From contig BLSG01000152.1 of NCBI GenBank assembly GCA_012862495.1, forward strand, positions 74,617 through 126,050: DNA of 51,434 nt. The letters run 5' to 3'. This DNA is from Thraustochytrium aureum (lineage: Eukaryota). Below are positions 10,154 to 23,200 of this stretch, piece by piece. The first letter of the stretch is position 1, and each line of letters starts with the position of its first letter. The notes below the pieces were generated by a model, which made no database searches, was not told where the DNA came from, and saw only the letters and a list, made by a program, of their open reading frames with translations. The position numbers and the translations under genes were made by a program.

Positions 10154-11266
10154 CGTCGCCAGCGCCACGAACCCTGGTTGCTCAGGAGCCCTGCTGCCCA
10201 CCTGCGTGCCTGCCTGCGTGACAGCGAGGCTTATCGTCGAGCGCCCTCCACAGGCAAGCGGCGCGCACCGAGCGCCCGCACTATCGCGGCGCGTCTATCG
10301 CTTTCTTAGCTCTGTTGCGGGTCTGCCGGTCTCCACATTGGGCCAAGGCTCTGCATTGGGTACGAGAACAGGCTGAGAGCCCTAGCAGGGAGTGTTTTGG
10401 CCTGTTTTCAATTGATCTTGATCTTTCAAGAGTTGGGTACTAACTTGAAGACAGAATGAACCCAAGACCACAACGAGAGGCGAGAGCTCGAGCTCCGTAT
10501 GGTCGCCGCGCTCATGTGGTCGTGGGCGAGCTGAGTGAGTTTGAGAGTTCTGGCGCACTGTGCTCTGGATGGTCCAAGTTGCTGTGATCGACGACCAGCT
10601 GACGACAGTGTCATTTGTTTTTCATGTAGGGTTCCCGAGATGGCGCGAGGCGATCGACTGGCTGATGCGAACGACGATGGGCGCGAGGCCAGAGCGTTGG
10701 GGAGGGTAAGAATGAGCGCGTGGGGCGGGCTTGCGGCGCAGGGTTTTGAGGACTTGGAGGAGGCGAAGGCGGATCGGCCTGGGCAACCTGGGAGGAACTC
10801 GCTGCCTCTGTGCAGCGCTCTCTTGGAGCTCTTGCAAAACCTTGGGCTCGATCAATAGCAAGGCGCCCCCGTGGCGCAGCGAGACGTCCCTGTTGGTGCC
10901 GCCTGACCTACTCGNNNNNNNNNNNNNNNNNNNNNNNNNNNNNNNNNNNNNNNNNNNNNNNNNNNNNNNNNNNNNNNNNNNNNNNNNNNNNNNNNNNNNN
11001 NNNNNNNNNNNNNNNNNNNNNNNNNNNNNNNNNNNNNNNNNNNNNNNNNNNNNNNNNNNNNNNNNNNNNNNNNNNNNNNNNNNNNNNNNNNNNNNNNNNN
11101 NNNNNNNNNNNNNNNNNNNNNNNNNNNNNNNNNNNNNNNNNNNNNNNNNNNNNNNNNNNNNNNNNNNNNNNNNNNNNNNNNNNNNNNNNNNNNNNNNNNN
11201 NNNNNNNNNNNNNNNNNNNNNNNNNNNNNNNNNNNNNNNNNNNNNNNNNNNNNNNNNNNNNNNNNN

Positions 11267-14200
11267 GCTCGGAAACTGTGCCTCAAAGTCGTCCCCGAGC
11301 TTGTTGATCGGAACGAGGAGCTCCACTTGTAGCGACTTGCGACTCAGGCACTGCTCGCACTCCGCCTTGCGGGCGCGGTTGATGACAGGTTGGACTAGGT
11401 CGCGCAAGACTCGCCGACGACGCGCCTGCGCCAGCCACAGCCGGATGATGTTTCGCGACGCACTAGTCAAAGCGACGGGGCCAAACTTGGGCCGGCCGTC
11501 CTCGTTCTCGTCGTCGCTGGACACGTCCGGGTTGACGCTGCCCAGAATCTTGGTGAATTGGCTCTGCAAGTACGGTCTCGAGCGGCGCAAGGTGCGCGGC
11601 GTCAAAATCGACGGAAGCTGGGCCACCAACCACGGCCGGTTGTAGTCCAGGAAACGATGCCGAAAGCTCTCCGAGGTGAGCTTCTGGTTGAGCAGGTACG
11701 CCTCGTGGGACGCGCCCTTGATTTTCTCCAGCTCGTCCCAGTTTGGCGCGCCAAGGTCCTCGTCGTCGTCAAGGTTGGTGTGCCAAGCCGTGCTCTCGTG
11801 CCGCAACCGCCAGAGGCCAAACTTGTCCGCCGCAACTGCGGAGACTTTGCGCACGATGATGCATACGGCGATGCAGTAGGGCAGGAGGACGAGCATCGCA
11901 GGATCACCAAACGCGGCGTACTCGGCGCGGAGCATGATCTCAATCCCAAACACGAGCAACATGATACCTGTGGTGTACACAGACACCATAAAGTAGTACT
12001 GGGACGAAAAGCACATCTGGTCCACTGTCCGCATCGTCTCGTCGATGCACTCGTCCAAGCTGTCCTCGAACCCCTTCCAGCGGTTCTCGCGCTGCACATA
12101 GCGGTATCTGGTGTAAACGAGGTAGTCATAGATCTTCCAGCCATGGAAAAGCTCCTGGGACTGCAGAATGAACACGTCCGCGACGAGCTGAAACCCGTTG
12201 AGGATGAGAGCAAACCAGAGATAATACTCCATGTCTTGCATCCGAATCCCGTAAAGCTCGGGCAGCCCAATCTGGTCTCGGAAAACCATGAGCAGAACGA
12301 TCACAAAAGGAGTGTAGAACAGGTTGACGAGCTCGCCCGAGTAGCCCACGTAGGCGCCAAGGATGGGCTCCACAGTCTCAGTGCCCTCAAACTTCTCTTC
12401 AACGACCCGTTTGGCATCCTTGTCCTTGGCGAGCGTGCTTTCGAGCAGCTTCTTCTTGGCGGCCATGTTGTCCAGCATTTCGATTTTGGCGTCCAGCGAT
12501 CGCGCCGTCCGAATGCGAGCTTTGACCACGTCGACGGCCTCGCCGATATAGTGGAAGAGCAGTTCGAAGAAATGGTCTTTGCCCGGCCCGAAGAAAACCC
12601 GGTCGATGAGCATCAAACCGTACTCGATGACAAACCCAATGACCATGTCGAGAAAGTCGTCGGCGCCAAACGTGACGAGGCCCTCGATAATGCCCAAAGC
12701 AATAGCATGCGGAGTGACAAGAAGCGCCTCGGTCAGCATGTACTCGATGAAGAAGTCGAATACCACGGTGGCGACTTTCATGACCAAGATGAATGTCCAG
12801 ATCACATCGCCAAACCCCTCCCAGTACGAAAACTCGATCAGGAATACAAGCAGAATGGTCACGAGCAAGGTAGACAGCAGCATGGACGACCGCTTCCACA
12901 TCGTCGGCACCCAAACCGTGCGCTCTTGTCCGTGGTGGTCCCGCGTGTCTTCAAGCTCTTGCTCCTCGATCGAGACCAACCTCGGGATGAAAAGCTTGAC
13001 CCCCATCATGAGGATGTAAGCACTGAGGAACACAAAGCACATGCCAACCCGACCAGCGCGCGTGCTGTCCACCTCTTCGGGGATTACGCTGGCGTCGCCG
13101 TAGTGCTTGATCCATGATTCGAGCGTGTAGGGCTCTGAGAGGAAATCCGTCTTGTACGCCACCAACGCCTCCTGGACTTGCAAGTTCGTCATATTCTCGG
13201 CTCCCTCGATTGTCGGCGGGAACAGCAGCATCTGCGCCGTTCGAACGTGCGACTTGGCCTCCAAAAGCAGCCAAACCATGCCCAGCGCAAGCGACGTAGG
13301 AATCAGAGCAAGATAGACCCCGACAACCGGCGCCGGCGTGATGAGCGCCAGGTAGCTCATGAAGCGAAACTTGGGCGGCCGCTCCAAGTGCGTCGTAAGT
13401 CTGTTAACAGCCCAGAAGGCCGCCGTAATGACAACGATGCACATTCCGATGAACAGGAACAGGTTGATGAACACCTCGCGCTCAAAGGCAAACGCAATGA
13501 CCAGCTCCTCGTACCCAAGAGCGCGCATTTGGATCCCCAGCTCGTAGTCAGTGCGCTCCGTGTCGTGGTCAAAGTCCTCGAGCACAAGGTCCATCGAGAT
13601 GATGCGCTTCAAGTTGCGCGTGATCTGGTAGTACTTGATGTCGATCGTGACAGTCCGCGGCATGCACTGCCTCTCACACCCAGGCATCTCCTCCGCCGCG
13701 GAGCGGTCCACCTCTAGCGGAATCAACCAGTCAGATGATCCCTCTTCCACCAGAAGGTCAACGAGGCTGCCTCCTTTGAGGTACTGTTCAAAGTTGATCG
13801 GCTCCCAGGGTATTTCCAGGAGTGCGGTGCCTCCAGCGGCTTCGAACCATCGCGGCGTGAGGTCTTTGCTGCTCAAGTCCTCCTCAAAGTGGCACTGCAG
13901 TGCGTGGTGGCAGTAGTCCGAGATTGGCTCGCCAGAGAACGAGTACGGGTTGATCGTTGTAATGTCGTCGTAGTCTGGAAGTGGCGGGTACGCGTATCTG
14001 GCCCAGTCTGTCGGGATCCGCGCCCCAGACTCGTCAAACAGTGGCAGCTCGCACTTTTCCGACTCCATCATGTCCCAGATCGGGATGTGCGAGTCATACC
14101 CAGCGCAGCTCGAGAAGAACGGCCAGTACGGCAAAACAAGCTTCTCGAGGTTAAACTCCAAGTCGCGGTCGTCCTCGACGTCGAGATTCATCTCGTGGGC

Positions 14201-17200
14201 GGTTTCCCGATACTTTACGATCAAGTCCCGGACCCGTGCTGCATCAACATCGGGGGGCCCCCACCACTGCTGGTCCGTCGCCACGGACTCGTACCTGTCC
14301 AGAATGTGCGGGAAGGTCTCGTCCGCGGTACTGTTAAACCCCACTAGGACTCTGCCCTTGGCGGTCTCCGCGTACCGCTTGGGGAGATTCAGAGGGGCTG
14401 AAACGTCTGCGAGGAGGTCCCGTCGCAGGATCGCTGCGAAAAAGTGGTCCTGAACAACCTCCGTCTCGGCCGCGCTCACGATCGAGCTCAGTCGTCGCTT
14501 GGGAAACGACGCCGACTCTGTGTGGCGCTTTGAGCGTGCGCGCTCGGGACTGACGATTGTGACGGTGGCAGTGTTCCAAAACTGCGGCGCCGCCGAGGCT
14601 AAGAGGCCGTGCAAGAGGTGCACCTCGACTCGAAAGAGCACGTCTTCAAGGGCGACAAGCGAGACACCAAACTTGGAGTGCTTGTCCACGTCGTCGCTCT
14701 GAAACCAGGGCGACAAGTCGATCGGGCGAGAGCATGGGTAGACCTCGAGCTCGTCGCCAAGCTGGCAGCTCGGGTCGGCAAGGCACTCTTCTTGCGTGGA
14801 AATGCGAAGACGATTCCGCGACGCGTCGCACTTGCGCTCCTCGCACGTCGAGTTGGCCACGAAAATTGCCACGCGAAAGTGCTCGTCGTAGCGGACCGCG
14901 CTACTGATGTGCGAAAAGTCAAACTCGACGTTGGCTCGGCTCAGTCCCCGAAGGGCGTACCAGCCGCGTTCGCTCTCGCGCTCTGCCTCCTCGGCGGTAA
15001 ACTGATCGACACGGGCCTCGAATTGGCTCCATGAAACCAAGTTCTTTTGGAGGGTCCACCACGTCGACTCCATCTCTCTCTTCAGCGCGTCGCGATCCGC
15101 CGCAGTCCGCGGAACCGCAACCGTTGGACCATCGTACTCGGCCAGAACAAGGCTTGAAGCTGGTCGCTCCATCGAGAAAGCCTGGTTGGCCAGAAGGACG
15201 CTCACACGATCTCCAACGCAGTCGGCGTGCTCCTCTTCCAGATGCGCCAGAATCTCCGTGAGATTGCCTGTCTTCAGGAGCGTGTCGTCATTGAAGGGCA
15301 CGTCAACGCTACGCTCCCCAAAGAACACTCCGTCATTTGACACGTCGAGCTTGGCAAAAGCCACCGCGGCAACGCCATCGTGGCTCGCTCCGGCCGGGAG
15401 AAAGTGGGCGCGACCTGGGGCGCGGCACCGAACGCGGGTCTTTGACCGATACACGGCCGGTACGACAATAGCGTTCAAGCCGCCCACCGCAACGCCGTCG
15501 CGGCCAACGGGCGAGAACCGGCACACGAGCGTCGCCGTGTCGAAAAAGTTCCGCCCAACGACCGTGACGAGGGTGCCTCCGTCAGCTGGCACCATTGGTG
15601 GGCACACTCTTTGCGTGTGGACCGTGTCGTTTTTCCACGTCGGGGACGAGGCGGCCTCGTCCACGACCAAAATGCGCTCGATCACCTCCACTTCAGCCTC
15701 AATGAAGCCGGCCCTCCCCGAGCCCTCGTCGGAGCTGAAGTGCCGCGCCACCCCGGTGTGCGTCTCGTAGGAGAATTTGGGGTAGTAGACCTTGTCTTGT
15801 TGGAACCACCCGTACGACCCGTGCGAGCGGGTGCCGAGCTCCTTGTCGCACACCACGACGGCGTCGATTTCGCACTCCAGCAAGGAACCAGCTCCAGACG
15901 GGCTCGTTGTGCCTCGCGGGCACCGGTTGCGCGGGAGCTCAGCAGAGGCCGAACCAGGCGGGCAGTACCAGCCGATCGCGCACTGGTTCCGCTCTCGAAG
16001 GTAACCTTTCGTGCCGCGCTTGCAGTACCTGCCCAGAGGGCAGAGGTTTGAGGTCAAGTCAACCTCCTTCTCCCCCTCGAAGGAAAAGTAGCCAGCAGGC
16101 ACTTGGTGGTCAAACTGCGAGGACGAGTCCGTCCCAGCTGGGCAGATGTGGCCGGAAGGGCAGGCCGTCGTGTCTGACAAGTTTGACATCGCCTCGACGC
16201 CGCACACCCGAGTGGGGGGGCATGGCTCGCACAGAGAGATGTCGGAAGCTCCACGAAGCTGGTTCCAAGTTCCCACTGGACACAGTTTGCATGTGACGTC
16301 GTCCGCCATCGACCTGTACGTCCCGGGCGCGCAGATCGTGGGTTCGTAGGTTCCATAACCCTGGCACGTAAACCCAGCAGGGCAGGGTCGGCACGCAACG
16401 GTCGATTGGAGCGGGGCGTACGATCCTGGAAAGCAGAGAGTTGGGGCCACCGATCCCTCCCGGTGCGAAAAGGTGCCGATCGGGGCTTGCACCGGGGACA
16501 TCGGTCCCTGGAGGGCAGTAGTGGCCTGCATGGCAGGGCCCGGTCCCTGTAGCCGACGCACTCGCCCACTCGCAGTAAGACCCCTCCGTGCACGTTTGAG
16601 GAGCCACGCTGCCCTCTGGGACGGTGGATACCCAGTCGATCGTGATGTTATGCGCCACCCCGCCGAGGCAAAAACTGCCTGGCGGGCAAGGCAAAGGCCG
16701 CAACGCCGCAGCCTCAACCTGAAGGTAGGTCGGGGAGAGCGTTGAGGCCAGCTCGTCGAGGAGCTGAGCGCGAACAGCGCTGATGTTGTGCTCCAAGCAC
16801 CCAATGTGTTCCTGTGGCATAACGGGCTCGCCATCCTCAGACACAGGGAAGGCTTGGCAAGCGTCCGCCGCCGAGTCTCGAAACCCGGGACGGACAAGCG
16901 TGAGCGTACCCTCTGGGCAAAAGTATCCTGCGGGGCACTGAATGATTGGCGCCGACAGACCCTCCGAGTAGCACACGAAACCAGCTGGGCAAATTGCAGG
17001 CTCAACGCGGCCCCACCCGGGGCAAACATGCCCAACAGGGCAGATGGTGCAGTTCGCTTGGCCGCGGAATCGCTGATAGGTGCCTGGCAGGCACTCTGAC
17101 GGCTCCACGTTCCCGACACCTGGGCAATGGTGGCCCGCAAGGCACGGTACGGCCACAGAGCCACTGCCTGCCTCCTCTGCTGCGTTCAGCGGGCAAAAGT

Positions 17201-20200
17201 GGCCGGCGGGCAGGGCCCCGCGCCTTCGCCCGTAGTCGCACCTTGTGGGCAAAAGAACCCGTCGTTGCACCGCTGGGGCGTGCTAAAGTTGCCGTCCTGA
17301 GGCACCGCGCTGGCCACACCGCCGCGGCAATAGTAGCCGCGCGGGCAGGCCACCGGGCGCTCTGCACGAGTCCTTGTTCCAGAATTATGCGAAATAGCCC
17401 GCGCGAACCCTGTTGCCGGCGCAGCACGTCGGCGCATCTGCCAACGCTCGGCGCGAGAGCTGTGCAAAAACGTTGCTTCCGCTGTGACCTTGTCCACCAC
17501 CCATTCTACCTCTGCGCCGTCCGCCAAGTCAGCAGGGTCACTTGACTTCGTGCCTGGCCCGCAGACGTGGCCTGCGGGACAGGCCCGCAGAGGCTCACGG
17601 AGGCCAAGCTCCTCGCAGACAAACCCTGCGGGGCAAATCTCGGGCTTATACATGCCGAAATCTGGGCAGATGAACCCGATCGGGCACTGCAAGCACGTTG
17701 ATTGGCCAGCCCGCGGCTGGAAGCTTCCTGGAGCGCAAAGCGTAAAGTTTCCCTGAGCCCCCGAGGGAACCATCGTTCCGTTTGGTGCAGCGAGTTGCAT
17801 GCTCCTCGAGCACAGTCTTCCTGGCGGACACCACGGCTCGACCTCGACGAATCTGCCGCTCTCCGAAAAATCGACGCCGTTCAAAGTGACGTCGACTTGC
17901 ACGCGCTCGTGGTCCTGCAAGGGCGGTGACAGGCAGCTAACCAGCGACTTGGAGAGGAACAGGGCACGCACAGTAACCGAAGAGCCGAACCGGCACGCCA
18001 GCGAAGTCGTGTTCGCAAAGTGGCGCCCCGCTGCAAAGACCAGCTGCCCGCCCGAAGCTGCTACCCGGCGCGGCTTGACAGCGCTGACGCTGTGGTCCTT
18101 CACATAGCGGAATCGCGCCGAGGCGTTCCCGAAGAAATCAACGGCGTTGTTGGACACTTGGACGTCGACGGCACTCGCTGGGTCGCCCACTTTGCCAAGG
18201 TCCGCGGCCTGCGGAGCTCGGCAAACTATCTTGCCCGTGTTCACAAACTGCGCGGGAACGCGCTCACCCTCGGGGCCAAACCTGCAGGAAAGTGAGTTGG
18301 TGTCCGCAAACCCAACTCCGAAGACGGCCACGGCAGTTCCGCCGGCGAAAGCCGGCCCTTGCGTTGGCCAAATGCCCATCACACTGGGCGCCCTCTCATA
18401 GGTTACAAAGAAGCGGGCTTCGGCAGCCGAAGTGAAGTCGACTCCACCATTGACTGAGATGCGCACCGGGTGCCTACCGTCCTCGCCGGGAGGGGCAGTG
18501 CACTCTACCGCTGCAAGGCTGCTGCGGGAGATCCACTGAAAACGTGCCGTTGCGAGCCGCGCAGCTTGGGTGCTTGGGCCATTTCCAAAACGGCACCACA
18601 CGTCGTGATGCGGTGACAAAGCATGTTGCAAAACCACTTTGACTCGCGTGTTTCCCAGCCGTGAGAGAAGCAGAGGGTGAACCTCAAGGACCTCGACGGG
18701 CCTGTCGTACACAAAGCGCAATCCGCTGTCCACGAACGAGCCCTCCCCATTGCCTTCGATCACGCTGATTTGAAAGGACACAGACTGGGCCGTGTGGCCG
18801 CCAATGCCCTCTACAGAAGGCGAGAGGCAACGCACGGTTGTTGCATTCTCAACGCGAACGTTTGAGCTGCGCAGCGACCCAAAGCGACACACTACAGCAC
18901 TTGAGGCTCCTCGGGTGAGACCCAGGCCGCGAACAGTGACCCAGGTGCCTCCGCTGACCGGCCCACTTGGAGGATGGATCGAGTGCACCTCAGGCGCCTC
19001 TACCAGTTCGAGATGCACGGCAGCCGCGCCGTCGTCTGAAAACTCGAGGCCGTTGTTGCTTACCTCCACAAGAGCTGCGCCAGGCGCCAGGCGCGGGACG
19101 AGGCATCGCGCGAGGGACTCTGACACGTAGGATGCGGGGCTCACGGCGCCGCCGACGCGGCACGTCAAGTCCGCCCTAGGCGCGAAGCCAGACCCGGTGA
19201 CAGCGATGTGAAAGCCCCCAGCGGTGTATCCAACTTGCGGCCAAACTCGGTAGACGCGCGGCCGCTCCATGAACTCGTGGCCATGCAGCCGAGNNNNNNN
19301 NNNNNNNNNNNNNNNNNNNNNNNNNNNNNNNNNNNNNNNNNNNNNNNNNNNNNNNNNNNNNNNNNNNNNNNNNNNNNNNNNNNNNNNNNNNNNNNNNNNN
19401 NNNNNNNNNNNNNNNNNNNNNNNNNNNNNNNNNNNNNNNNNNNNNNNNNNNNNNNNNNNNNNNNNNNNNNNNNNNNNNNNNNNNNNNNNNNNNNNNNNNN
19501 NNNNNNNNNNNNNNNNNNNNNNNNNNNNNNNGTTGGTCAGCGGCCCGTTGCTTGAAAGGAGGCGCTCGCGGAGCCGGAGGCTTGAGCCGTCCCCAAACGC
19601 TGGGTCTGCGATCGCCCCCACAGAGTCTGGTAGTGAAACGTAAGTGAACGCTGCTGGCAGGCTCGCCAAGACAGCGCCGCCCCCACTTGAGGAGACGAAA
19701 ACGTCTACAGGCCCAGGTGCCTGGCCTGCGCTGGGGGGCAAAAGACACCTAATCGAGCGCGAAGAGCTGACATAAACACCGCGCGACTCGGTCCCACCAA
19801 AGCGGCACACCAGCGCCTCCAACGACATCCACGACTCGTCCACATCACTAGCAGGCGATATGACGAGCTCACTTGAACGCCGCCGCGCGTCGGCCCTGTC
19901 AGGGGCTTGATCGTCTCAACTCGGAGAACAGGAACACGAGTGAATGGAGCCCGCACGGCGTGCACCTCTTTGCCGTTGTTCGACACGCCGACAAATTGCA
20001 AGCCAGCGCCGAGCGCGGGAGGGGCCTCGCACTCCAAAAGCGTGTCAGAGAGGTAGGTCGCAGCAACCCAGTCCGAGCTACCAAATACGCAGGACAGTCC
20101 TCGCACATTGCGAAAGTGCCGTCCCCCCACTTGGACCACGGTCCCACCGAGCGTCGATCCGCGAGCAGGACGCACGACCCACGCTTCGGGCTCAAGGGCA

Positions 20201-23200
20201 AAGATAAACGCAGCGCTGTGCCCAGGGCGGTCTCGAGGAAGGTCTTCGCTCTCGGCAGCAATCATGACGTCAAACACAGCTTGGCCATCCGGGCTATTCG
20301 CAACAAGGTCGTGCACAGAAGGCGTCTCGCAAAGCAGGCGCGTGCTTGAAACAAAGACCGAGCTCTCCGACAGGACCAGCTTGCTGCCCCGTTTGAATGC
20401 ACACCGGTCGCTTGGAACAAAGTTGCGCCCAGTCATCGCGACGAGCGTGCCGCCCCGGCTGGAGCCGCTCTCTGGTTCAACGTTCCAAACCTCGGGCGAC
20501 GCCAGAAAACTGAATTTCGCGAGTGTCTGCACAGCGGAAATCTCGATTCCGTTTCCCCCTGTCACGCGCACAAGGACTGCTCCCTGTTCCTGGCTCTGCG
20601 ACCCAGTTCGAAGTATCGGCGGGCTTGGGCAGCTCAGCGAGGTCGAGTTGTGTACCATGGCGGCGGTACGCGCTTGGCCAAAAACGCACCATACGTCGGC
20701 GTCAGAAGCAAACCCAGTGCCACGCACAGTCAGCAGCGTCCCGCCATGCGCGGGGCCGCTCGCTGGGTAAATCGAATCAACTCGAGGGGCCTCTTCAAAC
20801 CTGAACTCAAGAGACCCTGTGGCGAAACTACCGTCCTGGAGGGACACGCGGAGCTCCGCGACGCCAGCGCGAGGAGCTTGCGGTGACCTACACTCCACCG
20901 CGTCATCGCCAAGCCATCGTATCGCCGTTGCCGAGCTAAAGCCGTCCGAAGTGAAGTGGCACCTGGCGCCGTTTCCAATTTGCTCCAGACCGGATCCAAA
21001 GACTTGGACCCATGTCCCTCCGTCCACAGTGCCACGACGCGGCTGGGCAGCAGAGATCTCCACCACTCGCTGGTACTGGAACGCGAGCGTGTTCCCCGAC
21101 AGAGCCACTTCTTGGCCGTCGACAAGTGCAACCACATCAACGCTAGCCAGCACCGGAGCGTGCCACGGCGGGGACGAGCACTGGATAGCCGCCGCCCCAG
21201 CCCCAGCCGTCTCACGAAGCAAGGGTTGGGCCGCTACGAGCCGCTCGAGCCCAGAACCGTCCTGGAATCGGCAAAAGCACGTGGAGAACCTTGCACCGTC
21301 CCCGCAAACCTGCTGCGCAATCGAGATATTCAGTAGAGTTCCGCCCAAGGCATAGGGCCCAACGAGGGGCCTCTCCGAGGCTATGTCGAGCGCTGGAAGT
21401 ACTTCAACAGACATGCCAGCCCCTCGGGAGACCTTGGTGGACTGGCCAGCCCAAAGCGAAACCGTCCAGTTTCCGGGAAGCGCGTGCCGAGGAACGAGAC
21501 ATGAAACGTGTGTCAGGTCTTGGGCGAGGACCCCAGGCACGCGCAGTTGGCCAATCTCGCACTCAATGCCAAACCGGTACTCGTCTGGGAGCTCCACCGC
21601 GGTTGTCCAAGGAAGCCGAACGGTGNNNNNNNNNNNNNNNNNNNNNNNNNNNNNNNNNNNNNNNNNNNNNNNNNNNNNNNNNNNNNNNNNNNNNNNNNNN
21701 NNNNNNNNNNNNNNNNNNNNNNNNNNNNNNNNNNNNNNNNNNNNNNNNNNNNNNNNNNNNNNNNNNNNNNNNNNNNNNNNNNNNNNNNNNNNNNNNNNNN
21801 NNNNNNNNNNNNNNNNNNNNNNNNNNNNNNNNNNNNNNNNNNNNNNNNNNNNNNNNNNNNNNNNNNNNNNNNNNNNNNNNNNNNNNNNNNNNNNNNNNNN
21901 NNNNNNNNNNNNNNNNNNNNNNNNNNNNNNNNNNNNNNNNNNNNNNNNNNNNNNNNNNNNNNNNNNNNNNNNNNNNNNNNNNNNNNNNNNNGAATGGCGC
22001 TCTCCTCCTCCGGATCCTCAAAGGAGCACTGGAGCCCCGCCGACGGCGCCCCTTCAAAAGCGCTGTTGAAGTTGTTTCCGAAAACGCGAATTGAGCTACC
22101 TTGGCCGTGGAAAACCACGTCCGGGGTCAGGCCGCGAACCTCCGGGACGGCGATCACAGCGACCTGGGGGCTCTCTGAAAGTGCCGACCAGTCCACGCCG
22201 TTCGTTGTCGTGAGCACGCGCACCGAGATGACGCCGTTTGATTCAAGCAGGTCGAACTGCGGAGCAAAGCACGCAACGCGACCGCTTGCATTGGGCCGTC
22301 CACACGGTGAACTTGGACGACTGTTGCCACGCTCTCGAGAGCACCCTGCGTCACAAAGTTGCACTTCGTGATGGAGCTCGCATTTGCGAATGGGCCGACC
22401 AAGACCTCCGCGCCGCCCGTTGCCGGGATAACAGCTGGAGAAGCAGACCTAACTTGGCTTGGTGCTTCGAGCCAGAACATTTGGTCTCCCTGAGCTCGAA
22501 CAAAATACGCGTCCCCCCAGCCCACTGCAACGAACACAAACTCGCTATGCGCGCTAAACTTGGGCACGGAGCACTGCACAGATCTTCCGCCACGCTCTAC
22601 GATCGCGGTCACCGGCTCGCTGGCCCCGAATTTGCAGTACAGCTCCGGGTGCGCGGGAAGTAAAGCTGCGCCAAGCTCGATGCTGACTTGGGTGCCTCCC
22701 CTTGAAGGTCCGCTTCGTGGCGAGAAAGAGGTCACCACAAGCGGTGGCACCACCTCGACGGTGGTGTTTGCGAAGTCAACTCCATTGTTGCTCACTTGGA
22801 TTGTCCAGGGCGTCACTCCTCCGGGCTCCTGGCCAACACTGGACGCAGTTACGCTGCAAATGATGTGCTGGCTTGAAACAAACCGAGCGGGGAAGCTGAC
22901 GTACTGACTCGTTGAAGCGCCTTGGACGCCGGCGCGGCAAGACAGTTCGGCAGAATCGCGCAGCCCGCTGCCAAACACGGAAACTGCGATTTCTGCGCCG
23001 TGCGGGATACGTGGTGGGGCTGTCCGCCCGACGAGAAGGACGGGCGCCTCGTACACAAAGGTGCACGTAGCAAGCACGCTTTCGTATGCGTCTTGTAGGA
23101 AGACTTGCGTGGTTGCGTGGTCAGTGTCCGCGCCAAGAACACGCCGCAGAGGCGGTGACACGCAAGAGGCCCGCCCGCTCGGGGACAGCACAGCAGGTAC

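Noticed and set aside
10622..10914. Apparent C-terminus of the 2180-aa ORF beyond the gap
   Set aside because: The frame across the N-gap is arbitrary and the translation looks non-coding. The true stop may lie within 10915-11266.
11558..13117. 519-aa plus-strand ORF and many other long antisense ORFs over the giant gene, helicase and SPT5
   Set aside because: Shadow ORFs from GC-rich codon usage on the opposite strand; no recognisable motifs.
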